Assembly: GCA_002104945.1 (NCBI GenBank)
Contig: MCFH01000040.1
Location: forward strand, 310,001 to 374,000
Length of the DNA: 64,000 bases
Direction of reading: 5' to 3'
From: Piromyces finnis finn
Lineage: Eukaryota; Fungi; Neocallimastigomycota
Numbering within the stretch: position 1 is the first letter of the stretch; each line of letters starts with the position of its first letter. Both the position numbers and the translations under genes were made by a program. This document shows positions 26,601 through 37,076 of the stretch, piece by piece. The notes beneath the pieces were generated by a model. It saw only the letters and a program-made list of their open reading frames with translations, searched no databases and was not told the DNA's origin.

Positions 26601-28082
26601 TTCCTTTTCCTCAATACATTTTAATCTATTCCATTTCAGAATTTTCTTAGGAACATTAAAGTCATTAGAAAAATCTTCCATAGGAATAATTTTACCATTA
26701 ATAAGAAGTGGCTTATGGTCTGATACAGGATAAAAATTATTTATAAATGATCCTGAGTGAATAAGATCTTTCATCTTCGAATTGATAAGAGCATGGTCAA
26801 TGTCGGAAGATTGATCACCTCGAGTCCAAGAGATAGTAGACCCTCTAAGCGGAAGAATTTCCCAATCTCCTAATCCATTAGTTGATAACCAGTTGGATAA
26901 TTTTACTTTAGACATATTAAAATCACCAACAAGAATCGATGGATGGGATGAATGAGTTTGTAACCACAAGCGAACTTCTAACTTTGCATGATCAACATAG
27001 ATGTTGTGATGACTATGAGGCATATAAACATTTCCAATCGAGCATTTGAATCTATTCCAGAGACTAAAAGTATAAATAGAAATAATATACTTTCCAGAGA
27101 AGTTTTCAAGTGAGGCTTGACACGAATTGTGAAAACCTAAATATAAACCTCTCATTCCCGGAACCGATTCGTCAGCTTTCTTGAAAAAGTGTCTATAGTT
27201 TCGCAAAGTAACACGACAAGGATAATCTGTATTCGATCTAGAACCATTACCAGTTTCTTGGAAACATAAAAATAATGGTTTGAAAATAGCTGTGAAATAG
27301 CTAATACTATCTCTCTTTTCATGATTCCACCCATTGGTGTTCCAACTAAGACAAAAAGAAAAGTTATCAGGCTTGTTGGATGAGGAAGAATCGTTGCTAT
27401 TATTATTATTATTAAAGTCATCGTTATTAATGGATGATGCATCAGAGGAATAAGTAGAACTATTACTAGATGGCTGTGAAACTGAAGAACTATCAACTAT
27501 TGAACTGTTATCAGAGTTGATAGAACTATTAGAATTAATTGTTGAATGTTGAGATTGAAATTGTGTTTGCTGTAGATCTGGAATATTTTCATGATGGGAA
27601 ACTTGTTGAAGATCCTGTTGAAGATCTTGTTGAAGATCGGATTGTTGATGAGATTGTTGAACTGATTGTTGAACTGATTGTTGAAATGATTGTTGAATAG
27701 AATGTTGATATTTATTAGAAACTAAAATTTTACGTTTGAGAGTGGAAAAAGTGTATTTGTGATTCCTTCTACTACGAGCTGAAAAGGAAATTGAGGTAAC
27801 TGAAAGTTTCTTCTTTAACATGTGTAAGATTTTAATACAATCTTTCGATGAACCATGAACCTTGACTAAGAAAAAGTGATCATTGAAAGTTTGAAAATAT
27901 TTAACACTAATAACTGAATTAAATTTATCTTCTAGAATAACCTCGAGTTTTTCCCATAGCATATTTACTGACCATGATCGAATACCACGGATAAAGAAGG
28001 AGCGAATATCATCTAAGGGGATACCATAAGACCGGGTACCACGTCTGATATAATTCTTATCTTTAATATAAAGGACTGACAT
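23607..28082 (-). pseudogene. LINE APE-RT polyprotein (~1,490 codons) with two in-frame stops and a probable internal RT deletion
   Basis: ORFs 24864-28082 and 23607-24710 are in the same frame, separated by TAA (24864-24866) and TAG (24768-24770; IR*VAG, likely TGG>TAG). RT reads LGIR|DGQFSK near 25390, where homologues usually carry ~20 more residues (inference). Confidence 0.85.
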
Positions 28083-28625
28083 GATAATAAATTCTAATTA
28101 AAAAATATTGAATATAAAATAAATACTAATAAAAATTACAAATATAACGTATATGGAAAAAAATCTGTCTCTCTCTCTCTTCTTAAAAGTACTGGATAGT
28201 ACAAAAATTGTTACGATGCTTTGTTTAAAGTTTCTTTTTTTTTGAATTCTAGTTGTAAATTTTCTTTAAAAATTCTAGTTTTGGTTTGTTGTTAGTAAAT
28301 TCGATTCGCTTTTTGACACTAAACTTGTTTGACTTTACTTTTCATTAAATATTTAAATTGGTAAAAAATTTGAATCAAGAATGTCGACACCAGAAAGCTT
28401 GTGAATAGTATTTTTACATGATATAGAGTGAATCAGTCTCTTACAAGAAACAATACAACAATAGCTACATGAATATAAAAGTACAATGCAAATGCTAAAG
28501 TTGACTACATTGGATTCTTACAAGAGAAGAGTAGTACTACATGAATACATGAATAAAAGAAAAAATACAGCAACAAAATGTATTACTCTTCTAATTAAAT
28601 ACTATACAAACTTACCTGAAAAATC

Positions 28626-28974
28626 AAACATTCACTTATTCATCAAATACTTAAATTTGATGAATAAAATGTTTTTTAATCGCTCAGTACCATGAGCTTA
28701 GTCCTAATAATTTTCCCTTAAAGACTAACCAAGCATCCATTGCGCAATGCTTGGATTTAATTCTTTCTACTCTCTCAGTACCATGAGCATGAGTAGACCC
28801 CCTTGAGAAATTACATTTATTAAATAAATGAAGGCACATTCCTAAGAGGGCACCAAGCATCCATTGCGCAATACTTGGATTTAATTCTTTCTACTCTCTC
28901 AGTACCATGAGCATGAGTAGACCCCCTTGAGAAACTACATTTATTAAATAAATGAAGGCACGTTCCCAAGAGGG
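28626..28974 (-). ncRNA. Candidate structured RNA leader (hairpin array) on the LINE sense strand
   Basis: Near-contiguous stems. G-U wobbles are accommodated only on the minus strand, and there is one compensatory C-G/U-A change between monomers. It does not match the hammerhead, HDV, twister or hairpin ribozyme consensus that I could test by eye. Confidence 0.5.
28728..28974. repeat. Tandem duplication of a 124-bp GC-richer, hairpin-forming monomer upstream of the LINE ORF
   Basis: Copies at 28728-28850 and 28852-28974 differ at 4 positions, all transitions. A third partial copy (gctcagtaccatgagc) lies at 28682-28697. Confidence 0.95.
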
Positions 28975-29389
28975 AAGATATATTTTAATATTTATAGATT
29001 ATTTTTTGTTTGTTTTTTATAAATTTTATATTTTTTATAATAGATTTTAATATTGCTAATGATGAAGTAAATAAAAAGTATATACTATATGTATAATCCT
29101 TTTTATTTCTGTCTATACACAACTACTTCAAAACAATACTAATATAAAGAAAAAATATATATATAAATAAATACTATATATGTATATATATATATATTTT
29201 TATAATATATTTAATATATAATAACAAATAACAATATTTAATTATTTCTTTTATAATTTATAATTAATAATATATGTGTATTAATGTATATGTATATAAA
29301 TATATATGCTTATTTTTAATACTATTTTTATGATTTTTTTTTTTTTTACAATCTATTTAATTTATTATATTTATTAAGAATTGATTTGT

Positions 29390-31938
29390 TTATTTTTTAG
29401 TGGTTCTTCTTCTAGTAGTAGTTTTTTTGGTGGTGGTTTTCTTGGTAGTAGTCTTTTTGGTAGTGGTAGTCTTAGTAGTAGTTTTCTTAGTGGTGGTAGT
29501 AGTTTTCTTAGTAGTGGTGGTTTTCTTAGTTGTTGTAGTTTTCTTAGTAGTGGTGGTTTTCTTAGTGGTAGTGGTTTTCTTGGTAGTAGTAGTAGTAGTA
29601 GTAGCAATTACAATTGGTTTTTGAATGGAAGAAAGATCAACCTTCCAAGAAACAGCTGGAGATAATTCAATAGTTTGAGTGTCACCCTTCTTTAATGGAA
29701 CCCAAACAGTTAATGGATCATGACCAATTTGTTCAACAGTAGCCCCTTCTGGAAGAGAAGATTCCTTAACACCACTTGGAACAGTAATTGGAACAGTACA
29801 ATCACCAGTAGAAGCAGAAACTTCAATACTAACAATTTTATCATCTTCCATGATTAATCTAGATTGATGACCACAAGCTTCTCTTTCAGCACGTTCAATG
29901 AAAATTTCAGCTTGTCTATTAATCTTAATAGAAATTAAAGGCCAATCAACATATTTGGTGTAGGCCTTAACAACAGCTCTAGTCCAATCTTCTAAAAGAC
30001 TTTCACCATAATTACCAACCTTTGGATAGGAACGAAGATTAGCTTGATGGAATTGATGAGCTTCATGACGAAGTCTAAGCATTAAAAGAAGAGTACGACT
30101 AGCTTCACTTTCAGCAATTTCATCCCAAGTTAAGTTTCTTGAGTAATATTCGTAATACATATTGTTAAACATCCAGGTATCTTCTTCTCTACTAGAACAT
30201 AAGTAGTAAATTTCAGTTGGAGTACGTGGAATAACTGGGAAACCAGCATAATTACTGCTTTCAGTAGTAGTGTAGAATGGAAGATATGGATTTTCCATGT
30301 TACAAATGGCTTCACGACTAAGATCACCTGTAGCAGAAGTGATACCATACTTTTCAAAGACTTCAAGAGCATCCTTGTTATGAAGACCAGAAATTTGTGG
30401 AGTGACAATAGCATGTCCAGACCACCATTCCTTGTCAGTAAGACCTAACATTTCAGCGACTTGAATATTTAAACGAATTTCATTATCAACATCAGAAGTT
30501 GAAGCATTATCAAGATTTTCATGACTGAAAGTGTGAGAACTCCAGAAGAATTCCTTTTGAGCAGTACTATTGTTTGCAAAATATTTAAAGAGACTATCTT
30601 TTTTGAAAGTATTAAGTTGAGTCTCTGAAAATTGATAGTTTGCCTTTGGCCAACGTTTATCACCAGTACCTGGTTCCTTAACATATTCAATATCAACATA
30701 ACGTTCACCATCAATTTCAAGAGCCTGGTCATAATCAGCACTAATTAACATACCGTTACCATTGAAAGCTAATTCAGATCTGAAAAAGGAACCTTCCGGC
30801 ATATCCTTTAAAATATCTTTTTGGAACTTAGCAATTTTTTCAAAATCATATTTAGAAGTACGGAATTCTTCACTGTATTTGGAATATTCTAAATTATTCT
30901 TAACATCAACTAATTCTGTAGAAAGGAAAACATCATCAATATGTGGAGTAAAGTATACACGACGGAAACCATTGTATAAGGAACGAGTACCCCATGATAA
31001 CCATAAGTGATTAAGAACAAGACTAGTTACAGTCCATTCACCAAATCCGAAATAGAAATGCATCTTTTCACGTCCATTTGGATAAGTGGTAACAGCAGCA
31101 GCAACAGCACCCTTGGCACCCTTATCAGAATAATATAATAATGGTTTAGTGTTGACAGGATTGATAATTTTAACACGAGTATGATAAATACTAATTATAT
31201 CGATTTACATAAATTTTTACAAATTTTTGTTTATAACAAAGATCAATAAAAAAAAAATTAATGCATTAAAAAATGAATAGAATTTAATTAATTATATTTC
31301 TGTAAACCATACTATTTAATAATAATTATAATAATAATTATTATTCCTTATTAATTTTTAAAAAAGTAAATTATACTTTTTCATTATTAATATTTTACTT
31401 ACTCATTAATATCTAATGGAGCAGTAGTTTTAATACCAGCATCATTAAAGATTTGTTCAGTGAAAGAAGAGTCATCAACAATTAATGGTTGATCAGCAAT
31501 AGTAGAACCCCATTTGTTTGGGTTTTCGATAGCAATTTCAGTATCATCTTCATAAATTTCTTCTTCAATAACAACTCTACGAACCCCATTCTTAGCTTCA
31601 TAGTCTTCTAAATAAGCCCATTGAGACTCTGTTAAAGCACTGATATATAATTTGTTAACTTCAAAAGCAAGAGAGCCACCATTAACAACAATAAGGTTGT
31701 ATTTTGGTTCATTGTTTTTATCATACAAACTTAAATTACCTTCTAAATCATTAGCTTTAGAAAAATTTATAATATCATATGGAATACCATAAGATTGAAA
31801 ATTGTGAGTAATATAATCAGCATCAAATGTTGTTGTAGATAAAACTAAAGCCTTCATTTGAATAGCTTCTTTTGCAGCAACAGCAGTCAAACATATTGAC
31901 ATGCCTACAATTTTAAAAATATTTAATATGCGAACCAT
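29390..31938 (-). CDS. agd3: Secreted Agd3-like (CE18) polysaccharide deacetylase, 2 exons (31403-31938, 29390-31190), 778 aa, Lys/Thr-rich tail
   Basis: Signal peptide from ATG 31938. GT-AG intron 31191-31402 restores the frame (...DIND IYHTRVK...). Motifs RRVYFTPHIDDVFL and FFWSSHTFSHENLD (DD and HxxxH metal-binding), TPQISGLHN, HQFHQANL, as in Aspergillus Agd3. Confidence 0.82.
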
Positions 31939-34900
31939 TTTTTGAATATAATATTTTTTATACAAATAAAAATTCTAATATATTGTGTTGTTCAATTTTT
32001 TATTTTTTTTTTTAAATATTAATTATAATTTTTTTTTTTTGGAAATTTAAATGAATTTTATTTTATAATTCTTTAAATTTATTTTTTGCTTTTTTTTTTG
32101 TTTATATATATATAGAAAATATATCTTTTATAATAAAAACTATTATTTTATTATAAATATTATTAAATAATCACTTTAATAATAATAATTATAATTATTA
32201 TTATTTATTCCTTTATATATATATTTTTTATTTTTTATGGCAAAGAGTTTTTTTTTAAAAAAAAAAATTAATTTTTTAGTCTTTTATACTTTTTTTTTTT
32301 TAATATATAAAATTAATATTTTGTACTTCAAAAATTTACCCAAAAGAAAGTGGACAAAATCAAAGGAAAAAATTGGTTAATCATTTTAAATTTATGATTG
32401 AATCAATGTCACCCGTTTCTTAGAGGTAAATAAATTAAAAAAAAATTGGAAATAATAAAACGACATTTTAAGACAATTTTTATTTTTTTATGTAAAAATT
32501 AGGCGTACTATTGTGGTTAGATTTATTTATTAATTAATGGAAAAAAAATAATTAAATCCATTAATTTATTATATTAAATTTTATAACAAATAATAATAAA
32601 GTTTTAAAAGTTTTTTTTTTTAATATTATTTATTAAAAGAAATGATAATGATATGATAAATATTCAGGATAATGAATAAGAGATTACGATTTTTATTTAA
32701 AGTATCTTTTTCTCTAGTTATTATTTATTATAATTATTAGTATATAACATATAGTATAACAACTAGTATAATTTTATATTTAGATTTTTTATTGACATTT
32801 TAAAATTTTTAAAATTATTATTGAAAAAAAAAGGTTACACAGAAAAAAAATTTTTATATAATATTTTTTATATTAAAAAATAAAACTTTTTTCATATAAA
32901 AAATTTAAAAAATATTTATACAAAAATTATTTTACCATAAAACTACCATCATTTTCTTGACATATTATGACATAATAAATATTTTAGTTTTTTATACTAT
33001 TATTATTTATTTATTTATTTTTCATATTTATGGACTTTTTTTTTTTAAAAAAAAGTTTAATTTAAAATAGAGTTGAAATTTTAATATTATTTTATTGAAT
33101 ATGTATTATTTAAACTATCATAATTATTAATAAATATTAGTTAGAGCTTTACATAAAAAAGGGAAATTTTAATAATAAATAAATAAGGGATTTTACAATA
33201 ATGATAATTTTATTTTAGTATTTACCATTACTATTATTAAATATTGATATTATTATTATTTTATGATATTGTTTTATTTTTCATAATAATATACATTATT
33301 TTAATTTAGCTTTTATTATAAATAAAATTTAAATTTTTTATTTTTTAATTAATCTTTTAAACAGCTTGAAAACTTTATTTATTATTTTTTAATAAATATT
33401 AATAATTAAAAATAAAAAATAAAAAAAAAAACATAAATTATATATTATATTATTTTAGTTTTTTTATCATAGTCTTATAAAAGTACCTTTTTTTTCTTTT
33501 TTTCTTCTAATGAAAATAACACGTCAAAAGAAACTGATATTTATATGAAAATTATACTACAAAATTTTGTTTTAAATAAAATAATATTAAAATTTGTGTT
33601 TCATATTAATTAATTTCATGTTGTACAAATATTTAAACATTGTCAATTTTTATACATAAAAGAATATTCTATACATATTATTAATATATATAAAAAATAT
33701 TTGTTAATAAAAATATTGCCATAAAGGCAATTATATAAAATAGAATATTATTTTTTTTTTAAAAAAAAAAGGTACTTTTATTATCATGAATATAAAAAAA
33801 TTATTTTTTTTTTCAATTTTAAAATAGTTTAATTATTTTAAATAAATTATTATGTATTAATTTTAATATTAGTAGTATTACTATTACTATTTGCATACTT
33901 TTCAAAGTTTTAATTAAGGATAATATTTTCAAAAATTTAGAAAAATTTTTGAAAAACGCATTATCTTAGTAAAAATTATTATTATTATTATTATTATTAT
34001 TAGTAGTAGTAGTAGTGGTAGTAGTACTAATATTATGTAGGCATTTATTAATATTACTCAACAAGTAATACATATTCTTTTATTTTGGCACTATTATATA
34101 TTATTATATCTTTCATCATTTTATTGTTTCTATATGTCAATATTAACTTAATACAAATTAAATAATACATTATTTTAATAAAATGATAATTAAAATTTAT
34201 AAAATCTACGATTAATAAATGAAATATAATAATAAAGGTTTTTATCACTGTAGTAATATATTAATTATTCTTAATACATTATAATCGATAGAATCTATTT
34301 AAATTTTATTTTATTAACTCAGTTATCATTCATATTCTAAATTGAGCAGTATTTATTCATAGAAATATAATATATAATATTTAAACCTTTTTTTATTATT
34401 ATTATTATTTTAAATTTCAGATTTATAATATTATAATATTATATTACATAAAATACTAAATAATTATATGTTTTTCCTTTTTTTTAAAAAAATTTACTTT
34501 TAAAATCATATTGGTCATCATGGTTATTATTATTATCAATAGTATCGTTTGAATTGGCATTGTCGTTGTCTTTATTATTGCCATTAATTTTATATAATTT
34601 TTTTTTAAAAATTTATTAAATTAGGTAAAAAAATATACAATAAAAATAAAGATTTATTTGTAATAATTAAAAAAATAATAGTAAAATATAAGCATAAAAC
34701 AATTTTAAATTATTTAAATTATTATCCCCTTTTATTTGAATTTGTATAAACTTAACATACCTTAAAATATAATTATTTTAAAAATAAATTTATTAATTAT
34801 AAATTTAAAAAATTAAAAATAAATTTATATAAATACATTAATATTAAAGTAAAGAAATACAAAAAAACAATACTCATCTTTTTTATATTTTAGTTTATAA

Positions 34901-37076
34901 TATTCATATAACTTTTTAATTCCTTTGATAAGAATTTTTTTTCTATTCCAGAACAAGTTTTTCTATTTATTATTATATATATTAGAATAATAATTTATTA
35001 TGTAATATTAACAAGGTAGTAAAAAGCAATATTAAATATAGTCTTACACTTTCATATATAATAAATAATAGTAATTGATATTAAGTAGTTGTAGATAATA
35101 TCTTTTTAATATAAAAAAATTAAAATTATTTTTTGAAATTATACATTTAATTACAAAATAAACTTTAATATTTTTTATTTTATTATACTAGTTTTCTTGT
35201 TTAATTATTCAAATCTAAATATTACTTTATAAATGCAACTATACAAATTTAATATACTTCATGCCTTATTCCTTTTAAAATGTTTTTTTTATTGTATTGC
35301 TTATTATTACTTTTTTAAATAAAATTTAGAATTTTTTTATTATTAAAAATTAAAAATATTACTAATTAAAGTTATAATTATTGACAACTAAAACATTTAT
35401 TAAATTAAAAATTTAATATATTTCCTTATAAAAAATATTTAAAATAAAAAATAAAAAACTAAAAATAATAAAATAAGAAATAATTAAAAATTGTTTTATC
35501 TTTATAAAAAAATAGTTTTTTTATATTTTTTTAATAATAGAAATAACAATTAAAAAATATTATATACTTTTTTTTTTTATCTATTTCATGCATAAAATTT
35601 CTATTTCAATATTCTGGGTAATGAGGTGACACTATTAATAATAATTAAATAGATTAAATTTAATTTAATTAAGTTTTTTTTTATTATTTCTCTATTATGT
35701 CTTTGGAGTATAACTTGGTTCAATGGAATTTTATATTTTAAGGGTTTGTTATGATTCTTTCTTTTTATTATTGTTATTGAATAAAAATATATTTCTTTTA
35801 TTATGATTTAAAAAAAATGTGTACATTTTCAATAATTATTTTTTACTATAATATAAATAAATATAGTTAAAAATTAAAAAATATATAATAAAATTATTCA
35901 TCTTTTGGAAAATTAAATCTATAAAAACATTGTTAAACACAAAAAAAAGACATTTATTTATGTAAAAGAAAATTCGTGATGATCATGATTTATAATTAGC
36001 GCCACAACAAATAAATTTTTATTAATTTCTGATAGTTAAAATAAAAAGTTATTGATTTGCAATTTAAAAACGTTTATTGTAATGAAAGAAATTGATAATA
36101 TTCCATGTAGTTTTATGCTTTATTAATGGAATAAAAGAATTACCAGACTCTATAATTGCTATAATCTCAGAAAAATCATTAATAATTATCAACTATTTAA
36201 CTGATGAAATAGTTAAAAATTAAAGACGGATGCATTATTTGGTTTTCATATGTTTTAAACAGCCTACTAAATAATTTGTAATATGCATATAATAGAGTCT
36301 CGTATCAGTTTCTTTTGATTACTAGTATACAATATATTTTTCAATTCTGTGTAATATCTTTAATTATGTTTCAATTCAACAAGAGTAACAAAAATAGTCT
36401 TCTCATTAATATAAAATTATCATGGTTTTATAATACGCCACAATGTGTTTATTTTAAACCTATAAAATTTATCAAAGTATTATTTTATAATTATTAAAGT
36501 TTATATTCTTTCCTTTTAAGAATGATTAAAAATAATTATTCATTTTGTTACAATAAATCGAAAATAATAATAAATAAAGTTTATATTTGAAAACCCACCA
36601 ATAAACTTTAATGTGTAATTAATAATCATTAATATAAAAAAATTTAGTCATCTTTAATAATTATTGAATGTTATTATAATTTAAATTAAAAATAACTTCT
36701 TTTATATTGTATTGTTGTTTAAATATATTAAATAGTGAAATAAAGTAGAACTTATAACTTATAAATATATATATATTTTATTTATTTTATTTTTTCTTTT
36801 TTAACACTTTTTTATTTTTTTAAAAAAAAATAATAATTAATTATAAATTATTTGCTTACTGGATAAGCTATAGTAGTAAAATTAATAATTAAGAGAAAAG
36901 AAATAAAAAGTGAAAATTTTAGAAATTACAAAAAGTATATAATTGTTTTTATATAGTAAATATATTCACAAAAAATATATATATATTTATTAACAATAAT
37001 ATATTAATAATAAAACTAAAAATAGTAAATAACAGAAAAATAAAGTTTTTAAAAGTATAAAAATAAAAAAAAAAAA

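Larger units (their letters stand above)
23560..28974 (-). mobile_element. Non-LTR retrotransposon (LINE; APE endonuclease + RT + C-terminal CCHC zinc finger), inactivated copy
   Basis: Single long reading frame 28082->23607. APE motifs SWNTNG, LCFQETG, ILVGDFN, SDIDHALI, SDHKPL. RT motifs GPDGIP, NYRGISL, QFGFR, FLDLRKAYDSV, GVRQGCPLSPILFNLFI, LFADD, YTYLG. Zinc finger CPCC..C..SIKHWLLDC. Outer boundaries are inferred; I found no target-site duplication. Confidence 0.92.

Noticed and set aside
28728-28775. Resemblance of UUGCGCAAUGGAUG to the U6 snRNA internal stem-loop
   Set aside because: Only ~10 nt match; there is no ACAGAGA box or other U6 sequence.
28880-28925. Hammerhead-like words on the minus strand (GUC...CUGAGAG...GAAA)
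   Set aside because: The core is CUGAGAG rather than CUGANGA, there is no stem II, and stem III cannot pair, so it is not called a hammerhead.
28681-28974. Possible CRISPR-like repeat array
   Set aside because: Units are 124-bp tandem duplicates without unique spacers; eukaryotic context, no cas genes.
36060-36230. LRR-like peptide FINGIKELPDSII in intergenic DNA
   Set aside because: A single short match bounded by stops; insufficient to call a pseudogene.
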